Positions 39,135 through 47,965 of a stretch of 60,201 nt of DNA are shown one piece after another. Positions within the stretch are counted from its first letter, which is position 1. Each line of letters begins with the position of its first letter. The notes below the pieces were generated by a model that ran no database searches, was not told where the DNA came from, and was given only the letters and a program-made list of their open reading frames with translations. This stretch comes from Stellaceae bacterium (GTDB lineage Bacteria; Pseudomonadota; Alphaproteobacteria; ATCC43930; CGMCC-115725), in assembly GCA_035263705.1 (NCBI GenBank), contig DATFRA010000285.1, positions 1 to 60,201 on the forward strand, written 5' to 3'. Position numbers and translations under genes: made by a program.

Positions 39135-39659
39135 TCAGGCCGGCACGGCGGCGGATTGGCGTTTGGCTTTCGCGAGCTTGCGCAAAATGATGCTGCGCTT
39201 GACGGCGGAGATGTGATCCACGAAGAGCGTGCCCTCGAGGTGATCCATCTCGTGCTGGATCACGGTGGCGAGCAAACCTTTGGCGTGAAGCTCGCGGATC
39301 TCGTTCTGCTCGTCGAGGTAGCGCACCTTGATCTCGGCGGGCCGCGTCACGTCGGCGTAGTGCTCTGGCAGCGACAGGCAGCCCTCGCTGTAGGTCGCGA
39401 CATCTTCCGCGTGCCAGAGGATCTCGGGGTTCGCCATCTTGAGCGGCGCGGGTTTCTCGCCCTCCTTGGCGACATCGAGCACCAGGACGCGCTTCAGGAC
39501 CCCGACCTGGGGTGCCGCGAGTCCGATGCCGGGCGCCAGGTACATGGTCTCGAGCATGTCATCCATCAGGCGGCGGACCTCGTCATCGACCGCCTTCACC
39601 GGCTTCGCCTTGAGCTTGAGGCGCGGATCCGGCGCCGTGATGATGGAAAGAATCGACAT
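39135..39659 (-). CDS. def: Peptide deformylase
   Basis: GIGLAAPQVG, EGCLS, QHEMDH motifs. Start at the ATG giving MSILSIITAPDP. Confidence 0.95.
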   Translation of the reverse strand: MSILSIITAPDPRLKLKAKPVKAVDDEVRRLMDDMLETMYLAPGIGLAAPQVGVLKRVLVLDVAKEGEKPAPLKMANPEILWHAEDVATYSEGCLSLPEHYADVTRPAEIKVRYLDEQNEIRELHAKGLLATVIQHEMDHLEGTLFVDHISAVKRSIILRKLAKAKRQSAAVPA

Positions 39660-39858
39660 CGAGAATTCCGAGCGAGATCGGCCTCTTAGGTAGGCTCGGT
39701 GGCCGAGCGCGTCAACCCTCGGTACGCCCGGCGGATTCGCTGACATCGGGTAGCGTCGATAAGGCTAAAAATCGCGCCGGAAGTTCTTTCGTTCCCGTTT
39801 CGTCCTGATAGGATGAAACCGGCAATTGGGCAACCAAAGGGGGCGGGGCGCGGATGAT

Positions 39859-41211
39859 ATGGACCTGTTCCTGACGCTCGGATTCGTGGTGCTGGCGGCC
39901 GGTGCCTCGGTCGCGATCACCACGCTCTGGCTGCGCCGGCGAGACAGCCAGGCGGAAGCCGACTACGCCGCCTCCGAGTCTCGCGTCCAGGCGGCGATCC
40001 GTGACCGCGACATGGCGGTCGAGGCCCGGGTCGCGGCCGAGCGCGGTGCGGCGGCGGCGCAGGCGGAGCTCACGGCGATCCAGACGCGCCTCGCGGACTT
40101 CGAGCGCCTGCGCAAGGAGATGACGGACGCCGCCAAGGGCGCGGTGACCGAGACCGCGGCGCAGATCTCCTCCAAGCTGCTCGACGACCACAAACGCGAG
40201 TCCAGCGAGGCGAAGCAGCAGACCGAGGAGCGCGTCCGCAAGGTGAGCGAGACGCTGCTCAAGCAGTTGGCCGAGGTGGCGCAGCTGGTGGCCGTGCTCG
40301 ACGACCGCGTCAACAAGACCGGGGGCGAGATGGAGCTGCTGATGCGGGCGGTGACCAGCCCCGGCGGCGCCGGCCAGCTCGCCGAGATCGGCCTCGCCAA
40401 CACGCTGCAATCCTTCGGCCTCGAGGTCGGCCGCGATTTCCTCCTGCAGCAGACCACGGTCGACGAGGAGGGGCGGCGCCTGCGCCCCGACGCAATCGTG
40501 TTTCTGCCGACCGACACGGTGCTGGTGATCGACTGCAAGGCCTCCAAGTTCATGCTGGAGATCGCCAAGCACGAGGGCACGAACCAGGAGGCCGCCGCCT
40601 ACGAGGGCCTCGCGCGCACCATGAACCAGCACCTGCGCGCGCTCTCCGAGAAGGACTATCGGAACGCCGTCTATGCCGCCTGCAAGCAGGCGGGGTTCGG
40701 CGGCGACGATCCCCACATCATCAGCCTGATGTATCTGCCGAACGAGGCGGCGCTCGAGCGACTCCGCCGCGCCGATGCCGAGTTCTTCCAGCGGGCGCGC
40801 GAGGCGCAGATCATCCCGGCGGGACCCGCGGGCCTGCACTCGGCGCTCTTGATGGCGAGCACCGAGATCCGGCGGCTCCGCCAGATGGAGAACCAGCAGG
40901 AGATCGTCGACAAGACCCGCGCCGTGCTCGAGAGCCTCGCCGTCGTGCTGGGCCACGCGGCGCGCACTGGTGCCGGCCTCAAGAACGCCGTCGACAACTT
41001 CATGAAATTCACGGGCTCGATCAATCAGCGCCTCCTGCCGCGAGTCCGCGGACTCGCGCGGCTCGGCGTCGAGCCGCCCAAGGCCCTGCCGCAGAGCCTG
41101 CCGAGCTTCGCCGTGCAGACCGCGGAGGACAGCACGCTCATCGAAGTCGAGCCCACGGAGCCTGCGCCGGAGCCCGAGCTTCAGTTGCCGCCCAGGTTAG
41201 TGGCCGAGTAG
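39859..41211 (+). CDS. rmuC: DNA recombination protein RmuC
   Basis: N-terminal TM anchor, a long coiled coil, and the C-terminal RmuC nuclease-like domain (RPDAIVFLP....VIDCKAS). Confidence 0.85.
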   Translation: MDLFLTLGFVVLAAGASVAITTLWLRRRDSQAEADYAASESRVQAAIRDRDMAVEARVAAERGAAAAQAELTAIQTRLADFERLRKEMTDAAKGAVTETAAQISSKLLDDHKRESSEAKQQTEERVRKVSETLLKQLAEVAQLVAVLDDRVNKTGGEMELLMRAVTSPGGAGQLAEIGLANTLQSFGLEVGRDFLLQQTTVDEEGRRLRPDAIVFLPTDTVLVIDCKASKFMLEIAKHEGTNQEAAAYEGLARTMNQHLRALSEKDYRNAVYAACKQAGFGGDDPHIISLMYLPNEAALERLRRADAEFFQRAREAQIIPAGPAGLHSALLMASTEIRRLRQMENQQEIVDKTRAVLESLAVVLGHAARTGAGLKNAVDNFMKFTGSINQRLLPRVRGLARLGVEPPKALPQSLPSFAVQTAEDSTLIEVEPTEPAPEPELQLPPRLVAE

Positions 41212-41215
41212 GCCG

Positions 41216-41803
41216 CTACAGCGGCCGCCGCTCCGCCAACGCCGCACTCAGCGTGCCCTCGTCGAGATAATCGAGCTCGCCGCCGACGGGGACGCCGTGG
41301 GCGAGGCGGGAGACGGTGACGCCGGTTCCGGCGAGGCGATCGGTCACGTAGTGCGCGGTGGTCTGGCCCTCGACAGTGGCGTTGAGCGCCAGGATCAATT
41401 CCCGAACCTCGCCTCCGGTGGCGCGCGCGATCAGTGCGTCGATGCGGAGATCCTCGGGTCCGATGCCCTCGAGCGCCGAGAGCGTGCCGCCGAGCACGTG
41501 ATAGCGCCCGCGGAACGCGGCCGTCCGCTCGATCGCCCAGAGGTCGGCGACATCCTCGACCACGCAGAGCACGTGCGGATCGCGGCGAGGGTCCCGGCAG
41601 AGGCCGCAGGGATCTTCGGTATCGAGATTGCCGCAGATCCCGCAAGCTCGGATCCGCTCGGCCGCCGCCCGCATCGCATCGGCAAGCGGCTGCATCAGGC
41701 TCTCCTTGCGCTTCACCAGGTGCAGCGCCGCGCGCCGCGCCGAGCGCGGTCCGAGGCCGGGCAACTTTGAAAGCAGTTGGATCAGCGCATCCAGGTCCGA
41801 CAT
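41216..41803 (-). CDS. recR: Recombination protein RecR
   Basis: LPGLGPRSA HhH motif, a C4 zinc finger (CGICGN...CGLC), and a Toprim domain. Confidence 0.95.
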   Translation of the reverse strand: MSDLDALIQLLSKLPGLGPRSARRAALHLVKRKESLMQPLADAMRAAAERIRACGICGNLDTEDPCGLCRDPRRDPHVLCVVEDVADLWAIERTAAFRGRYHVLGGTLSALEGIGPEDLRIDALIARATGGEVRELILALNATVEGQTTAHYVTDRLAGTGVTVSRLAHGVPVGGELDYLDEGTLSAALAERRPL

Positions 41804-41826
41804 CGGTGGTTCGGCCGCTCCTACCG

Positions 41827-41913
41827 CGTCATGCCGGCCTTGTGCCGGGCATCCACGTCTTCATCGAGCGTGGCGCAAAGACGTGGATGGCCGGGACACG
41901 CCCGGCCATGACG
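41827..41913. repeat. Palindromic intergenic element, type 2
   Basis: cgtcatgccggcc..ccgggcatccacgtctt / aagacgtggatggccgg..cccggccatgacg is a long imperfect inverted repeat between recR and ybaB. Only one copy is in the window. Confidence 0.75.
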
Positions 41914-41935
41914 ATAAGAAAATGCTGCGACTGGA

Positions 41936-42259
41936 TCAAAACGGCAGCTTCATCCCCGGCGGAAGCTGCAGGCCGCCGGTGAGTTTGCTCATCTCCTCCG
42001 CGACCATGGCGTCGGCGCGCTGGCGCGCGTCGTTGACCGCGGCGACCACGAGGTCCTCCAGCACCTCGATCTCATCGGGCTTGGCGAGCGCGGGATCGAT
42101 CTTGATCCGCCGCAGCTCGCCTTTGCCGGAGAGTGTTGCCTGCACCATTCCGCCGCCGGATTGACCCGAGGCCTCCATCTCGCCGAGGCGCGCCTGCAGT
42201 TCCGTCATCTTGGCCTGCATCTGCTGCGCCTGCTTCATCATCTGACCGAGATTCTTCAT
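41936..42259 (-). CDS. ybaB: Nucleoid-associated protein YbaB/EbfC
   Basis: 107 aa, MMKQAQQMQ...GGG.V......G pattern. It sits in the conserved dnaX-ybaB-recR order. Confidence 0.9.
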   Translation of the reverse strand: MKNLGQMMKQAQQMQAKMTELQARLGEMEASGQSGGGMVQATLSGKGELRRIKIDPALAKPDEIEVLEDLVVAAVNDARQRADAMVAEEMSKLTGGLQLPPGMKLPF

Positions 42260-44040
42260 GGCTCTCCTTCGTCGGCGTCATCGGTGGGCGGCTCCGGGTC
42301 GGCGGGCGGCGGCACGTCGGGTCGCATGTCTCGCACGGCCTCGATACGGGCGCCCGGGAACGCGTCGAGGACCGCGCGCACCAGCGGATGCGCCGCGGCC
42401 TCGTGGCGGAGCGTCTCGTCCCGTGCCGCCGCCTGCTCCCGGAGCGTCGGCTCGCCCTCATTATGGGAAATACTCACCACCCACCGCTCGCCGGTCCAGT
42501 CGCCGAGCAGCTTGCCCAGGCGGTTGGCGAGGTCGCGCGGCGCGCCTTCGGTCGGCCGAAGCTCGATACGCCCCACCTCAAAGCGCACGAGGTGCACGTT
42601 GGCGAAGAGGTGCGAGCGCAACAGCGCCTCGCGCTTGCGGTCGAAGAGCGCCACCACCTCCAGGAAGCTCTGCGGCATGGGCTCGAGACCCGGCGCAGGC
42701 GCGGTCGTGGGCTCGGGGCTCCGTGCCATGTGGGGCGCGCCCGCGGGTTCGGTCTCGCCCACCGCCGTACGGCGGACGGAGGGCGCGCCCGCGCCGCCAC
42801 CCAGCATGGTGGGCGCCGCGGTGCCTGTGCTCATGCCCGAGGGTGGGCGGACACCGGACGCCGGCGGCGCGGCGCCGGGGCCCGAAAGCGCCTTCACGAG
42901 ATCCGCAGGCGCCGGCAGGTCCGCCACATAGGCGAGGCGCACCAGGACCATCTCCGCGGCCTGCAGCGGCGAGGGCGCGGTCTGGGTCTCCGCGAGGCCC
43001 TTGAGCAGCATCTGCCAGGAGCGCACTAGCACCGGCACGGAAAGCTTTGCCGCCAGGGGCTGGCCGCGGCCGCGCTCGCCCTCCATTGCGGGATCTCCCT
43101 CGCCTGCGTTGGGCGTGAGCTTCAGGCGCATCAGGAAATGCACGAGGTCGAGCAGGTCCTGCACCACCAGCACGGGATCGGCGCCGCCGTCGTAGAGCGC
43201 GCCGAGGCGGCCCAGCGCGCCCGCAGCATCGCCTCTGAGCACGGTCTCCAGAAGGTCGAACACCAGCCCCTTGTCGGCGATCCCCAGCATGTCTCGGACC
43301 GAGGATTCGGTGACAGCGCCGCCGGCCGAGAGCGCGATCGCCTGATCGAGCAACGACAAGCCGTCGCGCACGGAGCCGTCGGCCGCGCGCGCCACTAGCG
43401 TCACCGCCGCAGGCTCCGCCGCCACCTTCTCCGCATCGAGGATCTTCGCGTAGTGTGCCTCGAGGAGCTCCGCCGGTACGCGCCGGAGCGAGAAGCGCTG
43501 GCAGCGCGACAACACGGTCACCGGCACCTTCTGGATCTCGGTGGTGGCGAAGATGAACTTCACGTCGGGCGGTGGCTCCTCGAGCGTCTTCAAGAGGGCG
43601 TTGAAGGCCGCCTTCGAGAGCATGTGCACTTCGTCGATGATGTAGATCTTGGAGCGTGCCGCCACCGGCTTGTAGCGCACGCCGTCGGTCAAGTCGCGGA
43701 TGTCCTCGACGCCGGTGCGCGAGGCCGCGTCCATCTCCAGGATGTCGACGTGCCGGTCCTCGGCGATCGCGCGGCAGGGCTCGCATTGACCGCAAGGCGT
43801 GACGGTTGGCCCGCCCTTGCCGTCGGGACCCACGCAATTGAGCGCGCGTGCCAGGATGCGCGCGGTGGTGGTCTTGCCGACGCCCCGCACGCCCGTGAGG
43901 ATGAACGCGTGCGCGATCCGGCCGGTCGCGATGGCGTTGGTGAGCGTGCGGACCATCGCCTCCTGCCCGATCAGCTCGGCGAAAGTTGCCGGCCGGTATT
44001 TGCGGGCGAGCACGCGATAGGTGGTCTGGCTGTCGGTCAT
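42256..44040 (-). CDS. dnaX: DNA polymerase III subunit gamma/tau
   Basis: YRVLARKYRP..F..L.GQE, Walker A GVRGVGKTT, Zn module C..C..C, DEVHML. Confidence 0.95.
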   Translation of the reverse strand: MTDSQTTYRVLARKYRPATFAELIGQEAMVRTLTNAIATGRIAHAFILTGVRGVGKTTTARILARALNCVGPDGKGGPTVTPCGQCEPCRAIAEDRHVDILEMDAASRTGVEDIRDLTDGVRYKPVAARSKIYIIDEVHMLSKAAFNALLKTLEEPPPDVKFIFATTEIQKVPVTVLSRCQRFSLRRVPAELLEAHYAKILDAEKVAAEPAAVTLVARAADGSVRDGLSLLDQAIALSAGGAVTESSVRDMLGIADKGLVFDLLETVLRGDAAGALGRLGALYDGGADPVLVVQDLLDLVHFLMRLKLTPNAGEGDPAMEGERGRGQPLAAKLSVPVLVRSWQMLLKGLAETQTAPSPLQAAEMVLVRLAYVADLPAPADLVKALSGPGAAPPASGVRPPSGMSTGTAAPTMLGGGAGAPSVRRTAVGETEPAGAPHMARSPEPTTAPAPGLEPMPQSFLEVVALFDRKREALLRSHLFANVHLVRFEVGRIELRPTEGAPRDLANRLGKLLGDWTGERWVVSISHNEGEPTLREQAAARDETLRHEAAAHPLVRAVLDAFPGARIEAVRDMRPDVPPPADPEPPTDDADEGEP

Positions 44041-44102
44041 GGAAAGGCGATCATGGGGAAGCGCTCATCGAGGCGCGCTCACCGTCGCTCGTGCGCGCGG
44101 GT

Positions 44103-44199
44103 GGGAGGCTGGACAAGCGACCCGAGCTGAAACTCGTTACGGCTGCTTCCTTCCGGACCTGACCGGGTTGGCGAGACGCCCGTCCACCGCCAACCTCCC
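44103..44199 (-). ncRNA. ffs: Signal recognition particle RNA (4.5S-type)
   Basis: The minus strand contains the conserved domain IV core ggtcaggtccggaaggaagcagcc. The terminal helix gggaggttgg / ccagcctccc closes the molecule. A TATAGT-like -10 (complement of 44206-44211) lies just upstream. The location upstream of dnaX is the usual one. Confidence 0.85.
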
Positions 44200-44286
44200 G
44201 AGGCCACTATATCAGGCCGGGCACCCTCGGACGCAAGGCCGAGCGCTTGCCCTTGTGACGGCGGTCGTGCGAGTCTCCAACCACCG

Positions 44287-45195
44287 ATGAGACCGCCGAA
44301 TTTTTACGCCGCGAACGGACTCGATCGAGCCGGCCATCGCCGGCGCGAGCCCGACTGGCTGGCGCAGCAGCTCGCACACCCCGAAACGCTCTTCGTGCCC
44401 GTCTGGCGCGGGCAGAACCTTGTGGCCGGCGTCGCCGACGGCGCGCCGGCCGCGATCACCGTGCGGCGCGAGGCACTGGTCTCGCTCGAGGGCGACCCGG
44501 TCCTGCTGGGGTTGCGCGAGGAGCGCGCCTATTTCGCCCTGGACCTCTCTCACCGCGAGGCGCCACTGGAGGCGATCGGCGCGACAGGTCCGATCGAGTT
44601 CACCGACCTCCGGCGCGTGGGACCGCTGCTCGCGCGGCCCGATGGCGCGCTCCTCGCCTATGCCCGCGGCATCCTGCACTGGCATGGCCGGCACCGGTTC
44701 TGCGGCGTCTGCGGCAGCACCACGCGAAGCGAGGAAGGCGGTCACGTCCGCCGCTGCGTCAATGCCGGCTGCAATGCCGCGCATTTCCCGCGGACGGACC
44801 CCGCGGTGATCATGCTGGTGACCGACGGCGACCGCGCCCTCCTCGGCCGCCAGAAGGTCTGGGCCAAAGGCCAGCACTCGACCCTCGCGGGCTTCGTCGA
44901 GCCCGGCGAGAGCCTCGAGGAGGCGGTCGCCCGGGAGGTCCGCGAGGAGACCGGCATCGTCGTCGACGACGTGACGTACCACTCCTCGCAGCCCTGGCCC
45001 TTCCCCGCCTCGATCATGCTGGGCTTCACAGCCCGCGCCGTCACCACGGAGCTTCAGGTCGACCCCGAAGAGCTCGAGGCCGCCCGCTGGTTCGACCGCG
45101 GTTTCATCTTGGGCCACGCCGAGGACGACACCTTCCGCCTGCCCCGCCGCGACTCGATCGCGCGGCGCCTGATCGAGGACTGGCTGAAGCGGTAG
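44287..45195 (+). CDS. nudC: NAD(+) diphosphatase (NUDIX, NudC-type)
   Basis: Zinc ribbon CGVCGS...C.N.GC followed by the Nudix box G.VEPGESLEEAVAREV.EE.G. Confidence 0.85.
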   Translation: MRPPNFYAANGLDRAGHRRREPDWLAQQLAHPETLFVPVWRGQNLVAGVADGAPAAITVRREALVSLEGDPVLLGLREERAYFALDLSHREAPLEAIGATGPIEFTDLRRVGPLLARPDGALLAYARGILHWHGRHRFCGVCGSTTRSEEGGHVRRCVNAGCNAAHFPRTDPAVIMLVTDGDRALLGRQKVWAKGQHSTLAGFVEPGESLEEAVAREVREETGIVVDDVTYHSSQPWPFPASIMLGFTARAVTTELQVDPEELEAARWFDRGFILGHAEDDTFRLPRRDSIARRLIEDWLKR

Positions 45196-45208
45196 TCGCG
45201 GGCGGCGG

Positions 45209-45320
45209 TGCGTCCTTCGACTCAGGCCCTTCGGGCCTGGCTTAGGATGAGGACCGTGGAGAATACACAAAGAACCATCCTCATCCTGAGCCGCGCCGAA
45301 GGCGCGAGTCGAAAGACGCA
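45209..45320. repeat. Nested-palindrome intergenic element, type 1, copy C
   Basis: tgcgtccttcgactc...ggcttaggatgagg / cctcatcctgagcc...gagtcgaaagacgca, with side hairpins aggcccttcgggcct and gcgccgaaggcgc. It fills the gap between convergent nudC and the TetR gene. Confidence 0.85.
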
Positions 45321-45965
45321 CTATCGGGCCGCTTTCCGTCGCGCGCTTTTTGTTTGTCCACAAATCAGATCCACCCCGCTCGCCGCGATCGCCTCAAGAG
45401 CAGGCCGCGGCGCGCCGGTCCGCGCGCGGAGGGAGAGCGTATGCAGGACGGCCGAGGCGAGCTTGGCGAGCACGGCGGGATCGGCCGAGGCCCGGAGATC
45501 GCCATGCTTGCGCGCAAAACGGAAGCGCGCCTCGAAGGCGCCGTCGATCCTCTCGAGCGCGCCGCGCGCGGCGTGGCGGATGTCCGGATCCATCACGGCC
45601 TCCGTGGCGGCCGTGCCGGTGAGCAGGCAGCCACGCGCGCCATGCCCGCCCGAGAGGTAGAGGGAGAGCGCCCGGTCGTAGAGCAGTCTCAGCGCATCGC
45701 GGAGCGGACAGTCGTAGGGCAGCGCCGTCTGCATCGCCGCCTGCGCGAGGTCGCTGTAGCCCTGGATCGCCTTCAGATAGAGCGCGCGCTTGTCGCCGAA
45801 GGCGCCGTAAAGGCTCGGCCGGTTCATGCCCGTGGCCGCGCTCAGATCGTCGAGCGAGGTCGCGGAGAATCCGGCGTCCCAGAACGCGGATGTCGCTTGC
45901 GCGAGCGCCCGCTCGGGATCGTAGGCGCGGGGCCGTCCACGCTTGGCCGTGGCTTTTTGTACCAT
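45321..45965 (-). CDS. TetR/AcrR family transcriptional regulator
   Basis: N-terminal HTH (..F...GF..TSLDDLS.ATGMNRPSLY.AFG.K..L). Confidence 0.9.
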   Translation of the reverse strand: MVQKATAKRGRPRAYDPERALAQATSAFWDAGFSATSLDDLSAATGMNRPSLYGAFGDKRALYLKAIQGYSDLAQAAMQTALPYDCPLRDALRLLYDRALSLYLSGGHGARGCLLTGTAATEAVMDPDIRHAARGALERIDGAFEARFRFARKHGDLRASADPAVLAKLASAVLHTLSLRARTGAPRPALEAIAASGVDLICGQTKSARRKAAR

Positions 45966-46016
45966 TTCGCAAGTTAACCCTTGACCAGCCTATTTTCATG
46001 CAATACGGTACAAAAA
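45954..46016. promoter_or_regulatory. Candidate TetR operator: 18-nt imperfect inverted repeat in the TetR/GST divergent region
   Basis: tttttgtaccatttcgca (45954-45971) and tgcaatacggtacaaaaa (45999-46016) are reverse complements at 15 of 18 positions. The left arm covers the TetR start codon. The segment is unusually AT-rich for this genome. Confidence 0.5.
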
Positions 46017-46043
46017 TCAATCCCCCAGAGAGGAGGCGAGGCC

Positions 46044-46682
46044 ATGGATCTCTATTTCTCCCCGCTGGCTTGCTCGATGGCGACCCGCATCACCCTCTAT
46101 GAGATCGGCGCGAAGGCCGGCTTCATCCAGGTCGATACCAAGGTCAAGCGCGTCGAGGACGGCGCGGATTTCCAGGTGATCAACGACATGGGCCAGGTCC
46201 CGGTGCTGCGCACCGACGAGGGCGAACTGCTGACCGAGAACCCGGCGGTACTGCAATACGTCGCTGACCGCCACCCTGCCTCGGGCCTCGCGCCGCAAGC
46301 CGGCACCATGGAGCGTTATCGCCTGCAGCAGTGGCTGAACTTCACAACCTCGGAGCTGCACAAGGTGGTGTTCGTGCCGTTACTCGATCCCAAGGCCACC
46401 GAAGGCGCCAAGGCCTATGCGCGGGAGAAGGCGCCACCTCGCCTCGCCCACCTCGCGAAGCACCTAGACGGCCGCGAGTTCGTGCTCGACCGCTTCACGA
46501 TCGCGGACGCCTACCTGACGACCGTGCTCAACTGGAGCCGCTACAGCGGCGTCGACCTCGCGCAATGGCCGGCGGTCAGCGGGTACTATCACCGCATGCT
46601 CGAGCGGCCGAGCGTGGCGAAGGCGCTCTCCGAAGAGATCGCTCTCTACAAGGCCGAGCAGGCGCGGCGCAACGCTGCCTGA
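46044..46682 (+). CDS. Glutathione S-transferase (beta/GstA-like)
   Basis: MDLYFSPLACS..(Cys-type N-terminus)...GQVPVL...LTE..A.L.Y. 212 aa with GGAGG upstream. Confidence 0.85.
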   Translation: MDLYFSPLACSMATRITLYEIGAKAGFIQVDTKVKRVEDGADFQVINDMGQVPVLRTDEGELLTENPAVLQYVADRHPASGLAPQAGTMERYRLQQWLNFTTSELHKVVFVPLLDPKATEGAKAYAREKAPPRLAHLAKHLDGREFVLDRFTIADAYLTTVLNWSRYSGVDLAQWPAVSGYYHRMLERPSVAKALSEEIALYKAEQARRNAA

Positions 46683-46691
46683 ACCAGCGGA

Positions 46692-47030
46692 TCAGCGGAG
46701 GGGCTCGACCACGACGGCGGTGCCGTAGGCGAGCACCTCCGCGACGCCCGACATGATCTCGGTCGCGTCGTAGCGCGCGCCGACGATGGCGTTGGCGCCG
46801 AGCTCGGCGGCGTGCTCCATCATGTGCTCGAACGCATCGACTCGCGTGCGCTCGCAGAGGCTGGTGTAGAGCGTGATGTTGCCGCCGAACAGAGTCTGCA
46901 GCCCCGCGCCGATGCTGCCGATGACCGAGCGCGAGCGCACCACGATGCCGCGCACCACGCCCAGGTTCCGCGTGATGCGATAGCCCGGCAAGTCGAAGGC
47001 CGTGGTGACGAAGGTGGGATCAATTGCCAT
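46692..47030 (-). CDS. YbjQ family (UPF0145) protein
   Basis: 112 aa, ...LPGY.I...LG.V.G..VRSR......GA.....GG.I........R..A...M...A...GANA..G.RYD... Confidence 0.85.
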   Translation of the reverse strand: MAIDPTFVTTAFDLPGYRITRNLGVVRGIVVRSRSVIGSIGAGLQTLFGGNITLYTSLCERTRVDAFEHMMEHAAELGANAIVGARYDATEIMSGVAEVLAYGTAVVVEPLR

Positions 47031-47139
47031 GCCGGCATTGGTAGCATCTTCTCGGAATCGGCGCTAATCGGCCGGTGAAAACCTATATACTTCGGTCGAG
47101 GCCGAACCATTCTCGCATCGGCCGGGATAGGATGGCGTC

Positions 47140-47832
47140 ATGTCCGAGACCCTCGATATCGCGCGCGTCGGCGCTCTGATGGGCGATCCTTCGCGCGCCT
47201 CCATGCTGATGGCATTGATGAGCGGCGAGGCCCTGACCGCGACCGAGCTCGCCTTCCGCGCCGGGATCGCCCTGCCGACCGCGAGCGGCCACCTCACCCA
47301 ACTCGTCGACGGCGGTCTGCTCGCGGTCGCGAAGCAGGGTCGGCACCGCTACTACCGCTTGGCCGGCCCGGCGGTGGCGCACGCGGTGGAGACGCTGAGC
47401 GATCTCGCGATCGAGGTGTTTCCGTCGCCGCGCCGCATCATGGGGGAAGACGCGCCCCTGCGCCGCGCCCGCACGTGCTATGACCACCTCGCGGGACGGC
47501 TCGGCGTCGCGCTCGCGGATGGCCTGGTGCAGCGGCGCGTGCTCCGCCGTGCCGACGGCGAGCTCGCGTTGGTGCGGCGCGGCTCGGGTGAAGCGCTGCT
47601 CGGCTCCTGGGGCATCGATGTCGCGCGGCTCGAGGCGTTGCGGCGGCCGATGGTGCGCACCTGTATCGACTGGACCGAGCGGCGGCCGCATCTCGCGGGC
47701 GCGCTCGGCGCCGCGATCGTCGATCGCTTCCTCGAGACCGGCTGGATCCGACGCCGCCGCAACGACCGCGCGGTCACCGTGACGCCGTTGGGACAGCGGC
47801 GGCTCAGGGAGGAGCTGGGCGTCGCCGTATAG
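47140..47832 (+). CDS. ArsR/SmtB-family winged-helix regulator with a C-terminal extension
   Basis: LGDPSRASML.AL..GEALTATELA...G...PTASGHL..L...GLL......GRHRYYRLA. Confidence 0.8.
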   Translation: MSETLDIARVGALMGDPSRASMLMALMSGEALTATELAFRAGIALPTASGHLTQLVDGGLLAVAKQGRHRYYRLAGPAVAHAVETLSDLAIEVFPSPRRIMGEDAPLRRARTCYDHLAGRLGVALADGLVQRRVLRRADGELALVRRGSGEALLGSWGIDVARLEALRRPMVRTCIDWTERRPHLAGALGAAIVDRFLETGWIRRRRNDRAVTVTPLGQRRLREELGVAV

Positions 47833-47965
47833 CTACCGGGGCTCGGCGCACGAGCCGCTCATTGTTTGCTCGTCGATCGCGTTGCGGCCTATCGTGCGTG
47901 TCGCAAATCCGTGCTCCGGAGCGAACCAGCGACATGCCATCGGAGACGTGGGGGAGGACGCTGCC

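Noticed and set aside
42256-44040. Programmed -1 frameshift site in dnaX (gamma versus tau, as in E. coli)
   Set aside because: I saw no A AAA AAG-type slippery heptamer in this GC-rich gene. Such a frameshift is not generally reported for alphaproteobacterial dnaX.
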